The notes beneath the pieces were generated by a model. It ran no database searches. It had not been told where the DNA came from and saw nothing but the letters and a program-made list of their open reading frames with translations. The position numbers and the translations under genes are program-made. From NCBI GenBank assembly GCA_013288185.1, contig JABDCK010000001.1, positions 581 through 64,580 on the forward strand: 64,000 bases of DNA, written 5' to 3'. This document shows positions 32,845 to 42,834 of this stretch, piece after piece. Every line of letters begins with the position of its first letter. The stretch's first letter is position 1. This DNA comes from Gammaproteobacteria bacterium (GTDB lineage: Bacteria; Pseudomonadota; Gammaproteobacteria; Berkiellales; Berkiellaceae).

Positions 32845-32915
32845 ATCCCTTCTCCCTTAGCTTGAATTTTCCGAAGCTGAATTGAGGTTATTTGGGAGAA
32901 GGTTAGGATGAGGGC
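32845..32915 (-). repeat. Third REP-like hairpin family
   Basis: Minus strand GCCCTCATCCTAACCTTCTCCC...GGGAGAAGGGAT. Confidence 0.6.
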
Positions 32916-32940
32916 AATGACTACCTTTTTGGCCCTTTTT

Positions 32941-35580
32941 TTAGCGCATTTTTTGTTGTGGTCTTTCCTTAAGATTTTTGATTGACTGCGCAACATCATG
33001 TTTTAACTGCGTAGTGACTTTTTCTAAACGTGACTCACCCAAAAATCGGGTTTCTTTGCTCAAATCCTTCAGAGTGCTGTCAATGACTTTGGATAAATTA
33101 TCCAAGGCTTTACCCAATTCTTCTTTTGTAGCGCATCCAGCAGCGATATTAACCGCTTGTTGAAGATCTTTGATTTGACGTTCCCGGTTAGGGTTTACGA
33201 AAAGATTAAAGCTTTTTAGATGCGATGAGAATATATCACCTAATGAAGCGTGTATTTTCCCTGCATGCTCAACCAGATATTTTATATCAACTCTTTCAAA
33301 TGGTGTAAATTTCTCAGCTACAGGCGCAGGTGTTATAGGTGCACTCGGCTGCTGTGACATACTTGACCTTGCCGGTGTTATTGCAGCAGGAGTTGAAGCT
33401 GGAGCGGGTGGTGCTGCAGGCCGCTGAGAAAGCTGCTTGTTTAGAGCATCTCTTGCGTCTCTAGCCTTGACAAAGTTCTTCATCTCATTATTATGCATTT
33501 CTGTCAGCCTCTGAAGTTCAGCAAAGTCATTAGGGTTCTGAGATTCTGCATATGTTGCTGCAGCTTTCTTTCGATCTGCATCTATCTGCGCAAGAGCCGC
33601 ACTCGACTTATTAAAAGCGGCCAGAACATCCGCTTTTCTAGCTTCTAGCGTAGCAGTACGTTGCGGTGTATATTCTTCAGTTTCTACTTTAGGCTCTTTT
33701 ATTCTAACTCGCGTTTCTTCTTGTGCAGTATGGGCTTGATAAGCTTTTGCTTTTTCTCGCATTTTGCTTTCTTCAGGTGTTGCAAGCACTGCAGGCTCTT
33801 CTCTCTCTAGTGCTTTACTAGGTGTGGGTGCTGTAAAGGTAGGTAAAGGTTCAGCACCGGTTTGCGGGATTACTGGTTTTGCTTCAGGCACGGATGTTAC
33901 GTTTGGTATTTCTTGTATTTCTTGGAACACTTTTTCCCGTTCTTCAAGTACGGCTTTCTCATCGTCTCTTTCCAGCACTTTAGCCCTGAGCAATGCAACA
34001 ACCTCCTCATTACCACCATTTATTGCTTCTTGTAATGGCGTATTACCGTCATTATTTAACAGTGTTCTATTAGCGCCACTTTCAATAAGTGCTTGAACCA
34101 CTTTAGGATGCCCTTGATTTGCAGCTACATGCAAGGGTCTTTCATTGTTATTATCAGCCATATTAACATCTGCACCTCGTTCCAAAAGTAATTTCACGAC
34201 AGCAAGATGCCCTCTACTTGCGGCAAGAAGTAATAACGTTTCGCCTTTACTATTTTTTTCATTGACAGATGCACCATTGTCTAACAATATTTTAACTACA
34301 TTAGCTTGTCCTGCGATTGCTGCATATTGTATGGGCGAGAGACCAATATCATTTTCAATTTTTTTTATGCCGGCTCCGCCTCTTATAAGCATTTCAGCTA
34401 AATCTTCGCGTCCCATAACTGCCGCAAGGTGTAAGGGAGTATTTTCATCTTTATCTTGTCTATCTAAATCTACCTTGTCGATGATGTATTGCTGCAATTT
34501 AGAGACATCCCCACTCTTGACAGCTTCGTGTACTTGTATCGCTCTTGCTGCGATCATCGCCTTTATCCCTTCCGCTTGCTTTCTGGCAGCCTTCTGAGCT
34601 TTTCTAGCCCGCTTTTCTTTCAGAGCTTTATATTCAGCTAATGTCATATCCTCCCTAATGCGTTTATCTTTTGCTGGGGCTGCAACAGCTTTCGTTGCCA
34701 CTTTAGAAGGAGTATTTTCACGATATATTTGAATAAGCATTTTGAAAACATCATCTTCTGATAAATCAAGATTAATATTGGGATCATATTTTCTCAATGC
34801 GCTTTTTACTTGTTCTAAAGTAAATTGATTTTGTAATGTTGCTAAAATAATTGGACTTGAAAAGTCAACATCTTCAAAATCAGGATCTCTCTTAAATTGC
34901 GCGGGCTTTGCTTCTTTATCTTTTGCTAAAAGCTCCTTGAGAGTGATTTTTTTGGGTCTGCTTGCTTGTTTAATTTGCTTTGCAATATCGTCGTGACTTT
35001 GGTGCTTAGCTAAATCTTCTGCAGTATACCCTTCTTGCGTTTTTATATTTACATCAGCCCCATTTTCTAAAAGTGCTTTCACTATCGCTAAGTGCCCCAT
35101 GACTGCTGCAAGATGTAAGGGCGTGCAATTTATACCATGTACCATCGTTTGCATATTTACATTAGCACCCTCTTTAATGAGTGATAGGACAGTATCTAGA
35201 TCGCCATCAGCAGCAGCTCTATGTAGTGGTGATATTTCTGCTTCAGCTTCTGCTTCTGTTTCTACTTCTCCTAAAGCATCATGACGCGTGATTTCTCCTG
35301 TCATGCGTTGTTCCATTTGCTGCAATAACGGTATGATTGTTTCCAAACGTAACACATTTGCTACTTCAAGCGGGGTGATTTCTTTGTCTGGTTTGTCTGG
35401 GGAAATAGGAATAGCTTTAGATAAGTCAAACTGCGTGTTTTGAAGGTTTCTTTCAATAATGCTTACAAGTTCTTGAATTAACGCATCATTCTCAGAAGCT
35501 TCCTTTTTTTGATTGGCATAAATTTCTCTAAATAATTTATATGCACGGTTTTCATCATTTTCTGGACCTTCGGTTGTCAT
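32941..35580 (-). CDS. Ankyrin-repeat candidate effector with Pro/Ala/Glu-rich linker and helical C-terminus
   Basis: Multiple (T/S)PLH.AA..G...V..LL..GA.VN repeats in two blocks. Confidence 0.9.
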   Translation of the reverse strand: MTTEGPENDENRAYKLFREIYANQKKEASENDALIQELVSIIERNLQNTQFDLSKAIPISPDKPDKEITPLEVANVLRLETIIPLLQQMEQRMTGEITRHDALGEVETEAEAEAEISPLHRAAADGDLDTVLSLIKEGANVNMQTMVHGINCTPLHLAAVMGHLAIVKALLENGADVNIKTQEGYTAEDLAKHQSHDDIAKQIKQASRPKKITLKELLAKDKEAKPAQFKRDPDFEDVDFSSPIILATLQNQFTLEQVKSALRKYDPNINLDLSEDDVFKMLIQIYRENTPSKVATKAVAAPAKDKRIREDMTLAEYKALKEKRARKAQKAARKQAEGIKAMIAARAIQVHEAVKSGDVSKLQQYIIDKVDLDRQDKDENTPLHLAAVMGREDLAEMLIRGGAGIKKIENDIGLSPIQYAAIAGQANVVKILLDNGASVNEKNSKGETLLLLAASRGHLAVVKLLLERGADVNMADNNNERPLHVAANQGHPKVVQALIESGANRTLLNNDGNTPLQEAINGGNEEVVALLRAKVLERDDEKAVLEEREKVFQEIQEIPNVTSVPEAKPVIPQTGAEPLPTFTAPTPSKALEREEPAVLATPEESKMREKAKAYQAHTAQEETRVRIKEPKVETEEYTPQRTATLEARKADVLAAFNKSSAALAQIDADRKKAAATYAESQNPNDFAELQRLTEMHNNEMKNFVKARDARDALNKQLSQRPAAPPAPASTPAAITPARSSMSQQPSAPITPAPVAEKFTPFERVDIKYLVEHAGKIHASLGDIFSSHLKSFNLFVNPNRERQIKDLQQAVNIAAGCATKEELGKALDNLSKVIDSTLKDLSKETRFLGESRLEKVTTQLKHDVAQSIKNLKERPQQKMR

Positions 35581-35666
35581 AAAATTCCCCTTAACTGCTA
35601 AGGATACTTAAGTGACAGGAAGGCGCTTATAAAAGTTCAATTTGTACTGTAAATTTAAACAGGAGG

Positions 35667-36230
35667 CTAGATTTTCTTTAAATAGACTTTGGTGAGAACA
35701 TTATTATCTTGCTGCATGGTCCCTAAGCAATCAAAACTCATTTTTTCATGAAAAGACATAGAGACTTTATTTTCAATAGGCGCATAAACAACATTGGAAA
35801 AGATATACTGATATTCTTGATGTTTAGCTTCTTTAATCAGCGCAAGCAGTAAATCTTTGCCAACACTTTTTTTGCCGGGGGTTTTTGCAATTTGGCGCAG
35901 ATAAAGTACTTTAGAAGACGAAGCGATTTTATCCAAGGCTGCAAAAGTTTCCATAAGATGCGCTTGATAGGTGGTATTGAGTTTTTTCATATCACAGCTG
36001 GTGGCAAAGGCGATGACCTGCGGTCCTTCCTGTGTGATTAAAATGATAAAATTTTCTTTGTCATTAATAGCGTTGGTAATATCGTCTGCGGTAAAACGGT
36101 TAATTAAAAAACCGGTTCTTGCAAGCTGGTCTTGCGGGACATCTCTTTTTTCAGAAAGTAAATTTTGCTGTAATATATTCAGGATTTCTGGAATATGTTG
36201 AAGTTCAGCTAATTTTATTTCTTTTATCAT
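35667..36230 (-). CDS. GNAT family N-acetyltransferase
   Basis: YLRQIAK...KSVGKDLL motif A; N..SMSFHEKMSF motif B. Confidence 0.8.
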   Translation of the reverse strand: MIKEIKLAELQHIPEILNILQQNLLSEKRDVPQDQLARTGFLINRFTADDITNAINDKENFIILITQEGPQVIAFATSCDMKKLNTTYQAHLMETFAALDKIASSSKVLYLRQIAKTPGKKSVGKDLLLALIKEAKHQEYQYIFSNVVYAPIENKVSMSFHEKMSFDCLGTMQQDNNVLTKVYLKKI

Positions 36231-36247
36231 ATCTTAAGGCGCTCCAT

Positions 36248-37666
36248 TTACAAGAGATCAGCAAAATCAATAATATTTGCGAAATAATCTCGTGCAACAA
36301 GTTCATCACTAACTCCATTGATATGCACTAATACAGGTCTGACTGAAAAGCCTCTTGGTATTTTCAAACGAGATATTTTTTTCTCGACTTCAGAAATTAC
36401 TCCAGGAGGTATTTCATGTTTGCTAAATTTAATTTCACAAACATATAAAACATTAAATTTAGTTTGCACCATATAATCAATTTGGCAGCCTGGAATTAGC
36501 TTTGTTTCACGTTGAAGATAAGGATTTGAGAATACAACTTCACTCGCGGGAATTTGCAATAGTCTATGTAATGATTTTCTGTTATTAATTACTAGATTTT
36601 CAAATTGTAGTCCCAAGATGCTTTCCCAGCCGGAGGGTAGATTTTCCATCTCGCCCATTTCAATGCGGTGCTTATAGGGTAGTATATATTTAATATAAAA
36701 CCTGAAATAATTATCAACAACACGATACTGGCTAGTCTTTTCTATTTGTTTACAGCTTTTAATGTTCCAACGGTAAGAGCGACTAACAAATCCATCTTCA
36801 GATAATTCTTCTAATGCATTGCTAAGATCACCCCCTTTTTTACGATTTAATGCCTCAGCAATTGAATCTACGTTTGTATTTCCATCGACCAATGCTTTGA
36901 TAATATCTTTGTAACGTACATCTCGTCTTTCAAATAAATCTTTAAATAGATCATCAAACTCATTAAACAATAGTCCTTCTGGTTGAAAACATAACCGATA
37001 TATATTTTCTTCAGCTGTTTGTTTAGGTTGTATTTCTTCAAGATAGCGTGGAATGCCACCGGTTACCGTCAATATTTTAAGTTTTTCATATGCAGATATT
37101 TTATCTTTTAAGTTACCCCAAAATTCATTGCATTGATGCAGTGATAACTCATCAAGCTTGCTACGGTATGATATTCTGCCGTAAAAGCCTGTACTACAGA
37201 GTATGTTTCGTTTTATCCAAGCTGAATTTGATCCGGAAATAATGAAGACGAGATTATCATTTTTTTTAAACTGGGAGTCCCAAGCATTTTTTAGTTTTGG
37301 CAAATAGGTGACATCATTCATGCACATCCAAGTGATTTCATCAAACACTATTAATGTTTCACCCATTTGGCAGTGCTGCGCTAGTTGCGTAAACAAATCC
37401 CCCCAATCGTCACTGGGAAAACAGGGAATTTTCTGCTCGACCATTTGTCGCAAAAATTCTTTACGCTGGTCAGCTTGAGAAATGCCAGGTTCAGGCGCAA
37501 GTCCCGCAAAGAAATATTTTTTTTCAAAAGTATGGCTAAATTCTTCTGCAAGACGGGTTTTCCCTATCCGCCGCCGACCGCGTAATACAACTAAACTTGC
37601 GCCACGGTTTTTGCGTAGTTGCATTAAACCCTGTAGTTGACGTTTTCTGCCTATGAATTTGGTCAT
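36248..37666 (-). CDS. AAA ATPase (archaeal ATPase type) with wHTH and C-terminal DUF234-like PD-(D/E)xK domain
   Basis: FIGRKRQL, Walker A GRRRIGKT, Walker B IVFDEI, TGGIPRYL, C-terminal QIDY...CEIKF. Confidence 0.88.
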   Translation of the reverse strand: MTKFIGRKRQLQGLMQLRKNRGASLVVLRGRRRIGKTRLAEEFSHTFEKKYFFAGLAPEPGISQADQRKEFLRQMVEQKIPCFPSDDWGDLFTQLAQHCQMGETLIVFDEITWMCMNDVTYLPKLKNAWDSQFKKNDNLVFIISGSNSAWIKRNILCSTGFYGRISYRSKLDELSLHQCNEFWGNLKDKISAYEKLKILTVTGGIPRYLEEIQPKQTAEENIYRLCFQPEGLLFNEFDDLFKDLFERRDVRYKDIIKALVDGNTNVDSIAEALNRKKGGDLSNALEELSEDGFVSRSYRWNIKSCKQIEKTSQYRVVDNYFRFYIKYILPYKHRIEMGEMENLPSGWESILGLQFENLVINNRKSLHRLLQIPASEVVFSNPYLQRETKLIPGCQIDYMVQTKFNVLYVCEIKFSKHEIPPGVISEVEKKISRLKIPRGFSVRPVLVHINGVSDELVARDYFANIIDFADLL

Positions 37667-37704
37667 TGATAAACCCTAGCACAAATTTTATCAGTACCAT
37701 TTTA

Positions 37705-37903
37705 CACACTATTTTAATGAAATTATAGTTTAGTGTGGAAATTTTTCTAATTATTTCCACACTATAATCATATTTTCTGTTCACTATCGTAGTGGCGGGC
37801 CATTTCAGACTTTAAATCTCACCAATCTCACCAATTTCTCAAATACCTTACCAATCTCACCATAATCACACTATTTTAAAGAAGTTATAGTTTAGTGTGG
37901 AAA
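37705..37903. repeat. Two 37-bp direct repeats (37705-37741, 37867-37903), a partial inverted copy and AATCTCACC microrepeats
   Basis: CACACTATTTTAA(T/A)GAA(A/G)TTATAGTTTAGTGTGGAAA twice; TTTCCACACTATAAT at ~37754. Confidence 0.8.
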
Positions 37904-38071
37904 CTATGCGTGTAGATACAAGTTTCTAGCATGAAAGATAACTACCATAAGCGTAAAAATCGTACATTAAGTTTTATCTGAGCTTAAGTGACGTCTGTCG
38001 ATATAATATTGCCAAAACTGAGTTATTAATGTAAATTTATCTATCTAATTATTTTATTTAGAGCATATATA

Positions 38072-40018
38072 ATGTTAAGCGGTGCAAAGGGAAAAAAGCG
38101 TAGATTGAAAAGCGATGACACATCATTCGCTAAAAGAAGAATGCATAGACGTGATGAGAGCGATTTGCCAACAGCAGTTGCGGCTGTTGATTTTGCTTCA
38201 ATTTTTATGGACGCATTAATACGTAATACAGAAATTCCTTACGATAAACTAGGTCCTTTTAATGAATATTTTACATTTCTTTATAATCAGCCTTTAGGAA
38301 GCTGGCAAAGCGAATTGTGTAATAATTTATTAAAACACTGTGATGTACGAGAGGACTCAGAAGAGATTGACTTTAGATCAAAAAATAACTTGCTTCGACA
38401 GCAAAGTAAGTTTCGTTTATGGCTGCGCATTAAATGTGAGCAATATATTAATGAGCCTTCTGTTGAAAAGAGAGAATTATTTCTAGAAGAAGCTGAACGC
38501 TTGATTATAATTCAAAAGGAAAAAGATTTCCCAAAATCTGGGGCTAAATTACCATATTCAACTCTTGATCATAAATTGATTGCAATGGTTTATTTTTCTG
38601 AAGATGAAGGATTAATACGATTATTTGCAAAACATCTCCCTATTCCTCGTGCGGATTGCTTTGAAAGCGCCCGTATACCTAGATATATTATGAACCGGGA
38701 AGAACAAATTAATGAGACAATAAAAGGATTTCTTGAAAAAAATAAACCAGAAGAATATCTTTCTATCGAAAAGCAAGTAATTGAGCTGCAGCGATTATAT
38801 CGATCTAAAAAAAGGCAAACAGAAGAGAGATATCGTATTCCTGAAGTTTATGATCGTGGCAAAGCAAAAGTAGAAATAGAAAGAGATATGCAAAGTCAAG
38901 GAACAATTAATAATTTTGGGACTCCTTATACACCTGAGAAATGTAGTTCCATGCTTGCCAATAGGATAGTTTTAGCAGCGAGCAAAATACGGTTTTTTAA
39001 TTATATTCGCCATGAGACCAGGAAGAATGCTATAACAAGCATGTTTGATGGTGCCATATATGGCCGTAAATCATTATTAATGTTTTCACTTCCTTTCAGT
39101 CCCGCTGCATTAAGACGTTGTGACATTGATAATGGTGATAGCAATGTTGTTTGCTTTGGCTCTGATTATGGGACAATCGATCCTATAACGAATGGAGATG
39201 TTGAGCTGAAATTTCAATTTGATAAGCTTGACTTTGGCCCTGAAAGATTAAAGCATTGTGCTTTTTTCAAACAGCAAGACTTAGGATATGAGAATTCAAA
39301 AATTCGATGCGTAACTCTTAGCGAAGGAAAAAATCTTATTTTTAGGCATACTGTTAATGACCGGTGCAGCGTGGGCTTTAAAAAGCTGCGGCTTGAATAT
39401 CAAACTGTTGGCCAGCGCAAGCCAGCCTTTAATTTCGCTCTTGTTGGTACCGTTCCCAACTATAAACTTATTTCTTATGATATTCAAAATATTGAATCTG
39501 TACTAATATTAAACTTTTTTAGATATCTTGATGCATTGGCTATTGATGATCAGATTGAAGCATCTGATGTTATATCAGCCATTTACCATGATATTGAAGA
39601 AATGGATGATGCACAACTTGCTGTTTTCTTAGAAGATATTGGACGCAATTTATCTGATACTATGGAGTTTAATTTTTTTGGCGCATACCAAATTGATTTT
39701 AATGCGTTAACACATATAAAAGATAAAGAATATTGCTTAGATATGGCCGAACTTATTTCTGAATTGCAAAATGGTGAATTAGATATATTATTAACAGCAA
39801 AAGAGAAATTTCCTGCCATATTTAAAAGCTACAGATTTTTGGATTATTTATCAACAAAAACAACTAGCGTTAATGTATTAATAGAGCTTTCTAATCTACG
39901 CGCGCTTTGTAAAACGCCAGGATGGTATCCAATGAATGAAAAACTTAATAGGGAAGATAAACCTAGCGATTGCGAAGAAGTTGCAGCAATGGATGAGGGA
40001 TTACCCGGGCCTAGGTGA
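38072..40018 (+). CDS. Hypothetical candidate effector with N-terminal basic NLS-like segment and possible ADP-ribosyltransferase (DarT-like) domain
   Basis: KGKKRRLK...KRRMHRR; YIRHET...ITSMFDGAIYGRKSL...VCFG; DTMEFNF. Confidence 0.55.
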   Translation: MLSGAKGKKRRLKSDDTSFAKRRMHRRDESDLPTAVAAVDFASIFMDALIRNTEIPYDKLGPFNEYFTFLYNQPLGSWQSELCNNLLKHCDVREDSEEIDFRSKNNLLRQQSKFRLWLRIKCEQYINEPSVEKRELFLEEAERLIIIQKEKDFPKSGAKLPYSTLDHKLIAMVYFSEDEGLIRLFAKHLPIPRADCFESARIPRYIMNREEQINETIKGFLEKNKPEEYLSIEKQVIELQRLYRSKKRQTEERYRIPEVYDRGKAKVEIERDMQSQGTINNFGTPYTPEKCSSMLANRIVLAASKIRFFNYIRHETRKNAITSMFDGAIYGRKSLLMFSLPFSPAALRRCDIDNGDSNVVCFGSDYGTIDPITNGDVELKFQFDKLDFGPERLKHCAFFKQQDLGYENSKIRCVTLSEGKNLIFRHTVNDRCSVGFKKLRLEYQTVGQRKPAFNFALVGTVPNYKLISYDIQNIESVLILNFFRYLDALAIDDQIEASDVISAIYHDIEEMDDAQLAVFLEDIGRNLSDTMEFNFFGAYQIDFNALTHIKDKEYCLDMAELISELQNGELDILLTAKEKFPAIFKSYRFLDYLSTKTTSVNVLIELSNLRALCKTPGWYPMNEKLNREDKPSDCEEVAAMDEGLPGPR

Positions 40019-40025
40019 TATTTTC

Positions 40026-40058
40026 TTTCAACTGTACGAAAAAATCGTACAGTTGAAA
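40026..40058. terminator. Hairpin between convergent genes (bidirectional terminator candidate)
   Basis: Perfect stem TTTCAACTGTACGA / TCGTACAGTTGAAA around a short A loop. Confidence 0.6.
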
Positions 40059-40114
40059 TCCAGAATATAGTCCGCGTTTTCCTCTACCGCAAGAGAGGGA
40101 GCAAGAAAGCGAAA

Positions 40115-41383
40115 TTAAGCCACTGCAAAATCCTCTTTTAATTCTTTGGCGATGAGCTGATGGGGCAAATGAACATATTGCGGTAAACCATTATGGTCAT
40201 AAGGGGGATACGCTTCACCGGCAATCAGTGGTTCCAGATAAGCGCGACAGGCTGGGGTAATACCATAACCATCTGCACTGATGAAATCTCGCGGCAAAGT
40301 TTTTTCAACGTTTGCAACTTTGCTCAACGCCACATCACTCAAGTGCCAACGATAAGGACTATCACTTTCACGCACAATAATAGGCATCACTGCATTTTTA
40401 CCAGCAAGTGCTAATTCAACCGCATGTTTGCCCAGCGCATACGCTTGTTCAACATCCGTTTGGGAGGCAATATGGCGCGCTGCGCGTTGCAGATAATCTG
40501 CCACAGCCCAGTGATTTTTTAAGCCCAATTCTTTTTTGACCATTTGCGCTAAGAAAGGCGCAACACCGCCTAATTGACTATGGCCAAAAGCATCTTTTAA
40601 GCCAGATTCTGCCAAGAATTTACCATTGGCATCTTGAACGCCTTCAGAAGCAACAATAACGCAATAACCTTTAGTGTTCACCGTTTCTTGCACACGTTTG
40701 AGAAAATCTGCTTGGTTAAACGGAATTTCAGGGAATAAAATTAAATGCGGTGCGCCAAGCGCTACCGGTTGCGCCAGACCACCCGCTGCGGCTATCCAGC
40801 CGGCGTGACGTCCCATCACTTCCATGATAAATACTTTGGTGGAGCTGGCGGCCATGGAAGCAACATCTAAGCTTGCTTCAAAAATGGAAACCGCGACATA
40901 TTTAGCTACAGAACCAAATCCTGGGCAGGCATCTGTGAAAGGTAAATCGTTATCTACGGTTTTGGGGATCCCGATGCACGTGATAGGATAACCCATTTCC
41001 TGGCTTATTTGAGATACTTTGTTTGCGGTATCCTGAGAATCACCGCCGCCATTATAGAAAAAATAGCCAATGTTATGGGCTTGGAATACGGCAATCAGCC
41101 TTTCATATTCTTCGCGATTTTCTTTGAGGCCCTTGAGCTTGTAACGACAAGAGCCAAAAGCCCCCGCAGGGGTATGTTTGAGCGCACTAATGAGGCTAGG
41201 CGCCAGGGTGGAAGTATCAATGAGCTCTTCCTTTAAAGCGCCGAGAATACCATTGCGGCCGGCAAAGACTTTATGGATTTTAGTAGGATGCAAGCGTGCC
41301 GTTTCAATAACGCCACAAGCGGAAGCATTAATAACTGCGGTAACACCGCCGGATTGTGCATAAAATGCATTTTTGACTGTCAT
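40115..41383 (-). CDS. pfp: 6-phosphofructokinase (PfkA family, probably PPi-dependent)
   Basis: AQSGGVTAVINAS, NGGGDS (D suggests PPi use), PKTVDND, EVMGRHAGW. Confidence 0.88.
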   Translation of the reverse strand: MTVKNAFYAQSGGVTAVINASACGVIETARLHPTKIHKVFAGRNGILGALKEELIDTSTLAPSLISALKHTPAGAFGSCRYKLKGLKENREEYERLIAVFQAHNIGYFFYNGGGDSQDTANKVSQISQEMGYPITCIGIPKTVDNDLPFTDACPGFGSVAKYVAVSIFEASLDVASMAASSTKVFIMEVMGRHAGWIAAAGGLAQPVALGAPHLILFPEIPFNQADFLKRVQETVNTKGYCVIVASEGVQDANGKFLAESGLKDAFGHSQLGGVAPFLAQMVKKELGLKNHWAVADYLQRAARHIASQTDVEQAYALGKHAVELALAGKNAVMPIIVRESDSPYRWHLSDVALSKVANVEKTLPRDFISADGYGITPACRAYLEPLIAGEAYPPYDHNGLPQYVHLPHQLIAKELKEDFAVA

Positions 41384-41463
41384 AATATTGTGGGCCTTTT
41401 CCGAGTAAAATTGTTAGCAGGGTACAATTTTTGCGGAATAATTACTAGTACTGAGGAGGCATT

Positions 41464-42834
41464 GTGCATATTCATATTTTAGGCATTTGTGGCACCTTTA
41501 TGGGCGGGATTGCGGGTTTGGCTGCAGCAAAGGGTTATCAAGTGAGTGGCTCGGATGAAAATGTTTATCCCCCGATGAGCACCCAGTTGGAAAACTTAGG
41601 TATTACTTTGCAAGAGGGCTATCGCCAAGAACACCTCATTGCTACCAAACCGGATATGGTGATTATTGGTAATGCCCTAAGCCGCGGGAACCCTGCGGTT
41701 GAATATGTGTTAAATGCAGGGCTACCCTATCAATCCGGACCACAATGGTTAGCAGAAAATTTACTCAAAGAACGTTGGGTAATTGCCGTGGCAGGTACCC
41801 ACGGTAAAACCACTACTACCAGCATGGTAGCGTGGATTTTAATGTATGCCGGATTCGATCCCGGATTTTTAGTGGGCGGGATCCCGGCCAATTTTGGCGT
41901 TTCTGCAAAGTGGGGTAGTGCGCCCTATTTCGTGGTAGAAGCAGATGAATATGATAGCGCTTTCTTTGATAAACGATCAAAATTTGTACACTATCGCCCT
42001 AGAACCTGTATCTTAAATAATCTGGAATTTGATCATGCGGATATTTTTAAAGATTTAGATGAAATTAAAAAACAGTTTCATCATTTGGTGCGCACGGTGC
42101 CTGGAAAAGGTGCCATCATTGTGCCAGAGGAAGATTTGCATTTAAAAGCAGTGCTCAATAAAGGCTGTTGGAGTGAGATAATATCCTTTGGCGCGTCCTC
42201 TGCTCAATGGCACGCGGTGAAAAAAGCGCCTGATGGGTGTGTTTTTGAAGTATGGTATCAAAAGGAGCTGATGGGCACGGTTGCTTGGGATTTAATAGGG
42301 GATCATAACGTCCACAATGCTTTAGCCGCCATTGCTGGCAGCGTCCATGCCGGAATATTGCCCAGTGTGGCCGTAGAAGCACTCAATAGCTTTCAATCCG
42401 TTAAACGGCGAATGGAAGTGCGCGGACAGGTGAAGGGCGTGACGATATATGATGATTTTGCGCATCATCCCACGGCGATTCGTACTACTATTGCTGGCTT
42501 AAGAGCCAAAATTGGTCAAGCACGCTTAATTGCAGTTTTAGATATTCGGTCTAATACCATGTGCATGGGAACCCACCAAGCAGAATTACCCTCCGCGTTA
42601 ATAGAAGCTGATCACATAATAGCGTATCAATCTCCCAAAGTAGCATGGGATGTGCATGCACAATTAAGTACCCTGCAAAAGCCGGCGCAGGTTTTTCAAG
42701 ATACCGGCCAGCTTATTCAGGCATTAGTGCCACAGCTTAAAGCCAATGATCATGTATTAGTCATGAGCAACGGTGCTTTTGATAATGTGCATCAACAGTT
42801 ATTACAGGCATTAAGTGCTGAGGTTGTGGCATGA
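41464..42834 (+). CDS. mpl: Murein peptide ligase
   Basis: HILGICGTFMGG, GTHGKTTT, EADEYDSAFFDKRSKF, DDFAHHPTAI. Confidence 0.96.
   Translation: MHIHILGICGTFMGGIAGLAAAKGYQVSGSDENVYPPMSTQLENLGITLQEGYRQEHLIATKPDMVIIGNALSRGNPAVEYVLNAGLPYQSGPQWLAENLLKERWVIAVAGTHGKTTTTSMVAWILMYAGFDPGFLVGGIPANFGVSAKWGSAPYFVVEADEYDSAFFDKRSKFVHYRPRTCILNNLEFDHADIFKDLDEIKKQFHHLVRTVPGKGAIIVPEEDLHLKAVLNKGCWSEIISFGASSAQWHAVKKAPDGCVFEVWYQKELMGTVAWDLIGDHNVHNALAAIAGSVHAGILPSVAVEALNSFQSVKRRMEVRGQVKGVTIYDDFAHHPTAIRTTIAGLRAKIGQARLIAVLDIRSNTMCMGTHQAELPSALIEADHIIAYQSPKVAWDVHAQLSTLQKPAQVFQDTGQLIQALVPQLKANDHVLVMSNGAFDNVHQQLLQALSAEVVA

Noticed and set aside
32610-32999. 129-aa minus-strand ORF
   Set aside because: Chimeric read-through of REP hairpins (SSVIASEAKQS) and a transposase-like scrap; not a credible gene.
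37705-37903. Possible CRISPR array (37-bp repeats ending GAAA(C))
   Set aside because: Only two copies, a 125-bp repetitive spacer and no cas genes; kept as an unexplained repeat instead.
40078-40105. CCTCTACCGCAAGAGAGGG and ATCCTGCTTTTCGCAGGAT (~57686) REP-like remnants
   Set aside because: Too short and degenerate to assign without a genome-wide search.
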